Source of the DNA: an uncultured Lachnospiraceae bacterium
Lineage (GTDB): Bacteria > Bacillota > Clostridia > Lachnospirales > Lachnospiraceae
Reading direction: 5' to 3'
Assembly (NCBI GenBank): GCA_964565805.1
Contig: CAZMGH010000002.1
Location: forward strand, 46,084 to 110,083
DNA: 64,000 bases
Shown: positions 1 through 7,927 of the stretch, piece by piece
Numbering within the stretch: the first letter of the stretch is position 1
Layout: each line of letters starts with the position of its first letter
Made by a program: the position numbers and the translations under genes
Notes under the pieces: model-generated
What the model was told of the DNA's origin: nothing
The model's database searches: none
What the model saw: only the letters and a program-made list of their open reading frames with translations

Positions 1-521
1 TGATAGTCGATGAGCTCATCTGTGCCAAGAAGATCTGTCACATCTAAAGGCTCCGCAATATATGTATCTCCGTCATCGATAAATTCAAAGGTGGCGTCAA
101 TGATCTCTACTTCACCAGACCATTCGGATTTGTAGCCGGTAACCTGGATCTTTGTGCCTGGAACAAGAAGATCATAGTCTTCTTCAGAACATGCCATATC
201 ATACAGGAAGTATGCCCCATCCTGATCCTGAGCGTAGACTGTAGCAGTTTCCTGGTCTGCATACCAGGACTGTTTGCCCTGAACATAGGCCTGGATGGTT
301 ACCTGTGTATCCAGGTCAGCGGCCATATACTCTTCGTAGCTCATCACATCAGAAGCGTCAGCAGAAGTGCTTTCATCAGCAACGCTTTCGTCCGCGGTCT
401 GGGAGTCAGTCTCAGATGCCGGTGTGGTTTCCGGAGCCTGTGTCTCTGTAGTGCCGCCGGCACAGCCAGCCAAGGCCAGAGTCATGGAAAGCGCAAGAAT
501 TGTTGACATTAATTTTTTCAT
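1..521 (-). CDS. Lipoprotein with acidic linker and probable OB-fold (runs off the window start)
   Basis: Translated by hand: MKKLMSTILALSMTLALAGC (lipobox), acidic T/E/D/S linker, then TQVTIQAYVQGKQSWY...VYAQDQDGAYFLY...LVPGTKIQVTGYKSEWSGEVEI, resembling the OB-folds of extracellular nucleases. AGGAG RBS at 531-535. Not in the ORF track because it is truncated. Confidence 0.75.
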   Translation of the reverse strand, partial: MKKLMSTILALSMTLALAGCAGGTTETQAPETTPASETDSQTADESVADESTSADASDVMSYEEYMAADLDTQVTIQAYVQGKQSWYADQETATVYAQDQDGAYFLYDMACSEEDYDLLVPGTKIQVTGYKSEWSGEVEIIDATFEFIDDGDTYIAEPLDVTDLLGTDELIDY

Positions 522-731
522 GATTTTTGTCTCCTTTTTCTAAAACTGCAGCGCTTTAGCCGCCAAAATCTCGGCTGAACCGCTGCTTTAAATTTAATCT
601 GCATGTCCGCCGTGGACAGCAGGATAAAGGCATGGAAGTGATCCAACGCCTTTATGGTTTCAGCCGGGGCAAAATCACTTTTGCCCTCAACCTCAACACT
701 TTTATTATAGTCAAAAACTTCAGGAAATCAA
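522..731 (-). promoter_or_regulatory. sigma-A promoter and ~175-nt structured 5' leader
   Basis: Minus strand TTGATT (726-731), 16-nt spacer, TATAAT (704-709), then four hairpins before the RBS. Confidence 0.5.
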
Positions 732-2323
732 TAATTTTTTGCCCGATTTTTAATTTTGGAATAGAACAGGTATAATAAAATCAGCACCCAGACTGCCGCT
801 AAAGTGATCAAAAGTCCCTTAGCCATAGTGGGAAGAGGGCCCAAATCTTCCTCCTGTCCGGATGAGGATGTGTTTTCATCCAGGTGGTAAAGGGCAGTCA
901 CATCACTGTAAAGACTTTCTATGTAAGCATTATCTACGGTTTCACCTCTCCGCATGGATTTGGTCACATCCTCGATCATTTGTCCCGCGGCATCTCTAAG
1001 GGAAGCAGAACCATTAAATACCGGCGTAATAAAGGTGTCCTGGATATGATCCAGCAAAAGCGTGGTAGCCTTGATCTTTACATCATAGTACATGTCGTTG
1101 TCCTCACCGGCCCGGGAAAGATAGTTCTGGTATTCTTCAGATTCCTGAGCGTCAAGGGTGACAGGCACATAGCCCTCTGTGGTGGCATAGCTGATCTGGA
1201 CATCATTGGTCAAAAGATACTGGGCAAACAGCCAGGAAGCCAGCACTTCCTGGGGATCTTCCTTGTTAAAAATACAAAGAGACGGTCCCTGGGAGATCAT
1301 TTTAGGATTTTCAGGATCATACTGGGGGATCGTCATGACCTCAATGTTAAAATCCACCACAGATTCCTCCGCAATATCCACCAGCGGCGCATCGCTGCCC
1401 ATCCAGGTGGCCCCGGCAGTAGAGTCAATGGCAAAGACGCACTGGCCCGCATTAAGGAAGTTGGCCGGATAGCCAGAAATTTTAAAGGTGGAAAATGCCC
1501 GTGTTCCCGCATGTTCCGCAATGGTATAGAGAATATCTTCCGTCGTGTCGTTAAAAATCTGAATATCCCCGGTTTCTGTAGAATATCCCGCGTTTTGCTG
1601 GTAAAGCATCTGGATCATCATATTGTCGGTGGACTTGTAAATAAATGGGATCATAACGTCCTGGCCGTTAAGCATAAATGTGCCGTCCTCATTTTTTTGT
1701 GTGGCAGCTTCCGATACTTCCCAAATAAAATCCCAGGTGAGAGTTTCCGGCAGGGTGTAGCCTAAGGCTTCCACATAGTCTGTGTTAATGTAGCATACCT
1801 CTGTGGACCGCATAAAAGGCAGGGCATAATAATGACCGGCAATGGTACACTCCTCTAAAAACTGGGGGACGATTCGTGACTTTTCCGGAGACTGAAATAA
1901 AAGTTCGCTGCCGCCCATACCGTATTTTTCATCATCCATAAGCTCATCCAAGGGGACAACCACGTTATCGCCAGTCATATAGGTGGCGATGTGGTCCGGA
2001 TAAGTGATACATACGTTAGGGGTGGTGTTGGTGGAAATATTAGTGATTACGTCATTGTAAATATCTCCGTAGTCTGTATACAGGCGCAGTTCAACGGTAA
2101 TATTTGGATACAGGGACTGGAAATCTTCAATCGCCTGGCGGTAAATATCAGTCTGGCGGACATTTGTATCATTTTTTGCCCAGAAGGTGATTTCATAGTT
2201 TCTGGAAGTGTCAAATTCCTCAGGAACAGAAAATGCCGTCTGCTCCTGCTGGCCGTGACAACCGGACAGGAGCGTTCCGGATATAAGGGCCAGGGCCACG
2301 GCGCCCACAGATATTTTTTTCAT
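728..2323 (-). CDS. ABC transporter extracellular solute-binding lipoprotein (CUT1 family) with C-terminal TM helix
   Basis: Lipobox LLSGC; SBP features (QGPSLCIF, WLFAQYLL, EGYVPV); hydrophobic C-terminus GLLITLAAVWVLILLYLFY then KIKNRAK; ATGA overlap with the upstream permease. Confidence 0.85.
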   Translation of the reverse strand: MKKISVGAVALALISGTLLSGCHGQQEQTAFSVPEEFDTSRNYEITFWAKNDTNVRQTDIYRQAIEDFQSLYPNITVELRLYTDYGDIYNDVITNISTNTTPNVCITYPDHIATYMTGDNVVVPLDELMDDEKYGMGGSELLFQSPEKSRIVPQFLEECTIAGHYYALPFMRSTEVCYINTDYVEALGYTLPETLTWDFIWEVSEAATQKNEDGTFMLNGQDVMIPFIYKSTDNMMIQMLYQQNAGYSTETGDIQIFNDTTEDILYTIAEHAGTRAFSTFKISGYPANFLNAGQCVFAIDSTAGATWMGSDAPLVDIAEESVVDFNIEVMTIPQYDPENPKMISQGPSLCIFNKEDPQEVLASWLFAQYLLTNDVQISYATTEGYVPVTLDAQESEEYQNYLSRAGEDNDMYYDVKIKATTLLLDHIQDTFITPVFNGSASLRDAAGQMIEDVTKSMRRGETVDNAYIESLYSDVTALYHLDENTSSSGQEEDLGPLPTMAKGLLITLAAVWVLILLYLFYSKIKNRAKNY

Positions 2324-3225
2324 CCTTTTGTACCTCCTCTTGAAATACCGGCCATGATCTTTTTCCGGAAAATAAGGAAAAGTATGATCAGGGGAACGGA
2401 AATGACTACCACGGCGGCCATCATTGCCGGAATATTTTCACGGCCAAAACCGTTTTCACGGATCTCCTGGATGCCGTTGGAAACCAGGTAATAGGCCGGA
2501 TCATCGGTGATCAGTCGCGGCCATACGTAAGAGTTCCAGCACTCAATGATTTTTAATATCATAATAGTAATAATGGTAGGCCGGCAAATAGGAATCATAA
2601 CCTTCCACAAATATTTCAGATCCGATGTGCCGTCTACTTTTGCCGCCCGGTACAGCTCATCTGGCACCTGCTCAAAGTTTTCTTTCAGCAGGTAAATATA
2701 AAAGACAGACGTTACCGAGGGGAGCACAAGGCCCACAAAGGTGTTACGCATGTCCAGGTTGGTAATGGTTACAAAGTTGGTGATCACTACCAGCTCGCTG
2801 GGAATCATCATCATGGAAAGAAATAGGGTAAAAACCAGGTTTTTTCCACGGAATTTAAGTCTGGCAAAGGCATAGGCCGCCAGGGTACTTACAACCACCA
2901 TAAGGAGAGTGGTAGCCACGGTAAAGATCACTGTATTCAGCAGGTAGCCCGCTAAAGGCACGGTAGTAAAAGCATCAATATAGTTTTGCAGAGTCGGGGA
3001 TAAGGTAAAAAATGCAGGCACATGCTCCGCGTTATAGGCGCCGTAGCTTTTAACAGATGTAAGGATCATCCAATAAAATGGAAATAAGACAATGGCAGCC
3101 CAAAGGGTGAGAAAAATATAGGTAATGGTTTTTAACAACCGGCTGCGCCGGTTATTTTTTTTCTGGATCTTTTCAAAATATTCATGCTGTCCGTTGTCTT
3201 CTAAAGGCTCTAAATTTTCAATCAT
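2320..3225 (-). CDS. Carbohydrate ABC transporter permease (MalG/UgpE-like)
   Basis: EAA-loop variant ELYRAAKVDG; AAYAFARLKFRGK; WNSYVWP. Confidence 0.9.
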   Translation of the reverse strand: MIENLEPLEDNGQHEYFEKIQKKNNRRSRLLKTITYIFLTLWAAIVLFPFYWMILTSVKSYGAYNAEHVPAFFTLSPTLQNYIDAFTTVPLAGYLLNTVIFTVATTLLMVVVSTLAAYAFARLKFRGKNLVFTLFLSMMMIPSELVVITNFVTITNLDMRNTFVGLVLPSVTSVFYIYLLKENFEQVPDELYRAAKVDGTSDLKYLWKVMIPICRPTIITIMILKIIECWNSYVWPRLITDDPAYYLVSNGIQEIRENGFGRENIPAMMAAVVVISVPLIILFLIFRKKIMAGISRGGTKG

Positions 3226-3240
3226 TTTCCAACCCCTCCT

Positions 3241-4137
3241 TTAGCGGACGACTTTTTTGCTGCTCACAAGCAGATTGATACAGGTCACAGTAAGAATAAT
3301 GGCAAACAGGATAATGGCTGCAGCGGAAGCGTAGGACGGGTAACCGCCGCTGTCGCCGTAAAGCATATCATAAACATAGCCTACGATCGTGTTCATGCCT
3401 GCAGCGTTAAGGTCTGTGCCAAACAGGGCCACAGCATCGCTGTATGCCTTAAACGCCCCGATAAAACCGGTAATGACCAGATAAAAGATCATCGGGGAGA
3501 TCATGGGCAGGGTGATCCGTGTAAATACTCTCAGCTTCGGCGTGCCGTCTACCTTTGCCGCCTTGTAGTAATCCTGGTTTACAGAGGCCAGGGCGCTGGT
3601 AAGGACAAGGATCTTAAATGGAAGGACGACCCAAACGGTATAAAAGCACAGGACAAACATTTTTGCCCAGTAGGGTCCGTCAATAAAGTCTACCGTTGGT
3701 CCCCCAAACAGGTGGATCACCATGTTCACCAGTCCGTCAGTATATTCTGTCCGCTGGAACAGGATCATAAACACAAGACCTACGGCCAAGGTATTGGTCA
3801 CATAAGGCAGAAAGTAAATGGTCTGGTAAAGCTCTCGCAAAGGCTTTATAGTGTTTAACCCTAAGGCGATCAAAAGGGCCAGCCCGGTGGATACAGGCAC
3901 AGTGATCACTACAAGGATGACAGTGTTTTTCACAGCCTGTAAAAAGTACGGGTCATGGAGCACATAGGAGAAATTGTAAAGGCCTACGCCAAAATAAGAC
4001 TGGGAGGCAAAGTTAAAGCCTTCCTCCACAGAGTATACAAAAACATCAATTAAAGGATAGACCATAAAAAAGATCAGGAAAAGCAGGGCTGGCAGCAAAT
4101 AGAGCCAGGCCTTTTTATTATTTTTATCCATGGTCAT
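3241..4137 (-). CDS. Carbohydrate ABC transporter permease (MalF/UgpA-like)
   Basis: DYYKAAKVDG...RITLPMISP EAA loop; multiple TM segments. Confidence 0.9.
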   Translation of the reverse strand: MTMDKNNKKAWLYLLPALLFLIFFMVYPLIDVFVYSVEEGFNFASQSYFGVGLYNFSYVLHDPYFLQAVKNTVILVVITVPVSTGLALLIALGLNTIKPLRELYQTIYFLPYVTNTLAVGLVFMILFQRTEYTDGLVNMVIHLFGGPTVDFIDGPYWAKMFVLCFYTVWVVLPFKILVLTSALASVNQDYYKAAKVDGTPKLRVFTRITLPMISPMIFYLVITGFIGAFKAYSDAVALFGTDLNAAGMNTIVGYVYDMLYGDSGGYPSYASAAAIILFAIILTVTCINLLVSSKKVVR

Positions 4138-5258
4138 ATCGTCCCCTTTCCTGAAGTATGATCAAAGCGGATCCGTTTTTGGGTCTGGGCGGAAAAGAGA
4201 AATACCTTTCCCGGTTTTAATGTAAAGCGCACATCAGAATCTGGGGCTACATGAACCCGGTTTTCTGAGCTGATAATGGAACGAACAAAGGGGGACAGGC
4301 AAGCGCTGTGGGCTGAAACAATGCTGACATCACGGCCCATGACCTCTACCCGGTCCAGCTTACAAACCATAGGCCCGTTATCATTAAGTAAAAAACCTTC
4401 CGGCCGGATGCCTGCGTAAACTTCCTGGTCACTGACACGGCTCACTGCCATGACCGGATCATCACCAAGGAAGAGCATGCCATTTTTCACCTGGCCCCGG
4501 AAAACGTTAATGGGCGGAGTCCCTAAAAACCGGGCCACAAAAAGATTATCCGGATCATCATAGACGTCCTGAGGCTGACCTTCCTGCATTAAAACGCCGT
4601 GATCCATTACAGCGATCCGGTCGCAAATGCTCATAGCCTCATCCTGGTCATGGGTGACAAAAACTGTTGTAATGCCAGTCTTTTTCTGGATCTTTCGGAT
4701 CTCCTCCCGGGTCTGGAGGCGCAGCCGCGCATCCAGGTTGGAAAGAGGCTCGTCCAGCAAAAGGACTCGGGGCATCTTGATCAGGGCACGGGCGATAGCG
4801 ACCCGCTGCTGCTGTCCTCCGGAAAGCTCCCTTGGCTTCCGGTCTAAAAGATCTTCGATCTGGACAAGCTTTGCGGTTTCAAGGACCCGCCGCTTCATCT
4901 CTGATTTAGAGGGACGGTCCTTGCCTTTCAGATTTTCAAGAGGAAACTGGATATTTTTTTGAACATTAAGATGAGGATAAAGGGCATAGTTCTGAAAAAC
5001 CATGCCAACCCCCCGAAGTTCAGGGGAGAGGGCGGTCACATCCTCGTCGCCGAAGAAAATACTGCCGCCGGTAGCTTTTTCAAGACCGCAGATAAGATTT
5101 AGGGTGGTGCTTTTTCCGCAGCCGGAAGGCCCCAGAAGGCCTACCAGCTCACCATCAGGGATCTCACAGGTAAAATCATTAACAGCGATCACATCTTCCG
5201 GGTTCTTTTTACTCCGTCCTGGAAATTTCTTTGTAAGATTCTTTAATGTTATCTTCAT
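4134..5258 (-). CDS. ABC transporter ATP-binding protein (MalK/UgpC-like)
   Basis: Walker A GPSGCGKST, signature LSGGQQQR, Walker B LLLDEP, VTHDQ, C-terminal TOBE-like region. Confidence 0.95.
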   Translation of the reverse strand: MKITLKNLTKKFPGRSKKNPEDVIAVNDFTCEIPDGELVGLLGPSGCGKSTTLNLICGLEKATGGSIFFGDEDVTALSPELRGVGMVFQNYALYPHLNVQKNIQFPLENLKGKDRPSKSEMKRRVLETAKLVQIEDLLDRKPRELSGGQQQRVAIARALIKMPRVLLLDEPLSNLDARLRLQTREEIRKIQKKTGITTVFVTHDQDEAMSICDRIAVMDHGVLMQEGQPQDVYDDPDNLFVARFLGTPPINVFRGQVKNGMLFLGDDPVMAVSRVSDQEVYAGIRPEGFLLNDNGPMVCKLDRVEVMGRDVSIVSAHSACLSPFVRSIISSENRVHVAPDSDVRFTLKPGKVFLFSAQTQKRIRFDHTSGKGTI

Positions 5259-5612
5259 AATGGTTATCTCCTAAACATTGGTATTTAAAGCGTATGGCAT
5301 TTTCCAGATAAAGTTTTTCACGGGGTGCCGGTACACTATTCCATGGTTAAGATTATAGCGTATTTTTTTCAGATTCACAAGGTATGGAGAAAGGGCTTTC
5401 TATTAGTAAAACTTATGAATACTATGGATAGTAAAAGATTTAAAGGCTGGTGACCGGCGGGAGCTGAGATATACCTCTGCCCCTGTTTGTCTAGTTGGCA
5501 TTTTCTCTGTTTTCTGATACAATGATGACACCAGGGTCAGGAAGTCATAAGGCCGCCCTTGGGCGGGCAAGTATAACTTTGGATCATATTTTTTCAGGAA
5601 AGGCGGAGAAAA

Positions 5613-6029
5613 ATGAGAGTTTCAACTAAGGGACGCTATGCCCTTCGTATTATGGCGGATCTGGCCATGCATCGTGAGGATGGCTATATCCCTTTAAAAG
5701 AAATTGAAAAAAGGCAGGGGATCACCCTGAAATATATGGAACAGATCATGCCCTTATTAACACGGGCAGGGTATGTAAAAAGCTGTCGGGGAAATAACGG
5801 AGGCTACATGTTGGCCCGTGAGCCCAAGGAATATACTGCGGGCCAGATCTTAAGGTCTACGGAGGGGAGCCTGGCGCCGATCCCGTGTATTGAAGAATCT
5901 TCCAATACATGTGCCCATAAAGACAAGTGTACAACGGTTTCTTTTTGGGAGGGGCTGTGGCAGGTAATCAATGATTATGTTGACAGCGTGACTTTGGAGG
6001 ATCTGACAAAAAGCATAAAAATATATTGA
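5613..6029 (+). CDS. Rrf2-family transcriptional regulator (IscR/CymR-like)
   Basis: MRVSTKGRYALR, RGNNGGYMLAR, three Cys (PCIEESSNTCAHKDKC). Confidence 0.9.
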   Translation: MRVSTKGRYALRIMADLAMHREDGYIPLKEIEKRQGITLKYMEQIMPLLTRAGYVKSCRGNNGGYMLAREPKEYTAGQILRSTEGSLAPIPCIEESSNTCAHKDKCTTVSFWEGLWQVINDYVDSVTLEDLTKSIKIY

Positions 6030-6092
6030 CAGAACTTGTTTATATACGTATAATCGTCCATAAACATACTAAGCCTATCAAAATAGTAGGAA
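6026..6092 (+). promoter_or_regulatory. Consensus sigma-A promoter of metY with downstream putative Rrf2 operator
   Basis: TTGACA 6026-6031, 17-nt spacer, TATAAT 6049-6054; imperfect palindrome CCTATCAAAATAGTAGG at 6074-6090. Confidence 0.65.
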
Positions 6093-6152
6093 AAGAAAAA
6101 ATAGAAAGGAAGTCGCTGTTCATTCCAGAACAGTGACAAAAAGGAAACGCAT

Positions 6153-7457
6153 ATGAAACATAAAAGACCGTATAAATTTGAAACCTTACAGCTTCATGCC
6201 GGACAGGAACTTCCGGACCCGGCAACAGATGCGAGAGCCGTACCTATTTATCAAACCTCTTCCTATGTATTTCACAGCTGTGAAGATGCTGCGGCGCGAT
6301 TTGCTTTAAAAAGCGGAGGAAATATTTACGGAAGACTTACGAATCCTACCCAGGCAGTTTTTGAAGAGCGGATGGCGGCGTTAGAAGGGGGCGCGGCTGC
6401 TGTGGCAACAGCCTCCGGAGCGGCGGCGATCACCTATACGATCCAAAATCTGGCTCAAAACGGCGGACATATTGTAGCAGCCAAAAATATTTACGGCGGC
6501 TCCTATAATCTGCTGGCGCACACACTGTCTCAGTATGGGATTACAGCTGCCTTTGTGGATATTTCTGATCTGGAGGCTGTGGAAAATGCCATACAGGAAA
6601 ATACAAAAGGGATTTTCGCGGAAACTCTTGGAAATCCCAACTCAGAGGTGACAGATATTGAAGCTGTGGCAGAAATCGCTCACGGCCATCATATCCCCCT
6701 GGTGGTGGATAATACTTTTGCTACTCCTTATTTAGTGCGTCCCATAGAATATGGAGCAGATATTGTGGTTCACTCAGCTACAAAATTTATCGGCGGCCAT
6801 GGCACAGCTATCGGCGGCGTGATCGTAGACGGCGGAAAGTTTGACTGGGAGGCTTCGGGAAAATTCCCGGCGCTGACACAGCCGGATCCCTGCTACCATG
6901 GCATATGCTTTACCCAGGCGGCAAAGGATGCCCCTTTTGTTACACGGATCCGGGCCATCCTGCTCCGGGATATGGGAGCGGCAGTGTCCCCATTCCACGC
7001 ATTTTTGTTCCTTCAGGGACTGGAAACCTTATCTTTAAGAGTGGAGCGCCATGTGGAAAATGCCCTGAAAGTGGTCCAATATTTGAATCAGCATCCCCAG
7101 GTGGAACGGGTGCATCATCCTTTAGTGACAAAGGATCCGGCTCAAAAGACCCTGTATGAAACCTATTTCCCCAATGGAGGCGGCTCTATCTTTACTTTTG
7201 ATATTAAGGGTGATGGTCATGTGGCTCAGAAATTTATTGATCATTTGCAGCTTTTTTCTCTTTTGGCTAATGTGGCTGATGTGAAATCTCTGGTCATCCA
7301 TCCGGCCACCACCACTCACAGCCAGTGTACACCAGAGGAACTTTTAGACCAGGGTATCCGTCCAAATACGATCCGCCTGTCTATAGGCACGGAAAATATT
7401 GATGATATTTTACTGGATCTGGAGGAAGGGTTTAAAGCATGCGGTTTTGCTGGCTGA
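6153..7457 (+). CDS. metY: O-acetylhomoserine aminocarboxypropyltransferase/sulfhydrylase (PLP)
   Basis: YGRLTNPT, PLP lysine motif HSATKFIGGHG, LANVADVKSLVIHP, IRLSIGTE. Confidence 0.9.
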   Translation: MKHKRPYKFETLQLHAGQELPDPATDARAVPIYQTSSYVFHSCEDAAARFALKSGGNIYGRLTNPTQAVFEERMAALEGGAAAVATASGAAAITYTIQNLAQNGGHIVAAKNIYGGSYNLLAHTLSQYGITAAFVDISDLEAVENAIQENTKGIFAETLGNPNSEVTDIEAVAEIAHGHHIPLVVDNTFATPYLVRPIEYGADIVVHSATKFIGGHGTAIGGVIVDGGKFDWEASGKFPALTQPDPCYHGICFTQAAKDAPFVTRIRAILLRDMGAAVSPFHAFLFLQGLETLSLRVERHVENALKVVQYLNQHPQVERVHHPLVTKDPAQKTLYETYFPNGGGSIFTFDIKGDGHVAQKFIDHLQLFSLLANVADVKSLVIHPATTTHSQCTPEELLDQGIRPNTIRLSIGTENIDDILLDLEEGFKACGFAG

Positions 7458-7612
7458 GGCCGTGAGGATGCTTGCGGTCAGACTGCATCTTAAACAGGGC
7501 AACGACATTAGCAACACGGATCTTAGGAAACACGGATTTAATCCATATTCAGTCTATTCATTCGTCACCGTATCCTGTATAATGTAAGTATCCAAAATAC
7601 AAAGGATGGTGT

Positions 7613-7843
7613 ATGGATTTCCGCCATCGTGTAGAACGCAACAAGATCGGCGAAAAAATATTTAATGACGTGAAGGCCAGGCTGGAAAAGGCCGGACTCA
7701 TGATGCATGGCGGCACAATCGTTGACGCTACCATTATTGCTGCCTCGAGTTCTACCAAAAACAGGGAAGGCAAATGCGCCCCGGAAATTTTTAATGCATC
7801 ATATATCGCCGGAAACAACGGAATACGAGAAAAACGTATTTGA
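7613..7843 (+). mobile_element. Truncated IS5-family transposase remnant
   Basis: DFRHRVERNKIGEKIFNDVKARLEKAGLMMHGGTIVDATIIAASSSTKN matches the IS5 N2 region (..VDATII.APSSTKN); the rest of the DDE domain is absent. Confidence 0.8.
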
Positions 7844-7927
7844 AGGGCTTCTCCCTATGGCATGGGAAGCCGGAGAATAAATCAACTTTCCAGAATGTCT
7901 GGACTTAATGTGCGCGGAGGGATGATC

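Noticed and set aside
884-1765. 293-aa plus-strand ORF opposite the SBP
   Set aside because: Antisense shadow of a well-supported gene, with no RBS or motifs. The same applies to most short overlapping ORFs in the track.
6055-6152. Possible SAM riboswitch or T-box before metY
   Set aside because: The leader is short and A-rich and lacks S-box or T-box consensus elements and a terminator.
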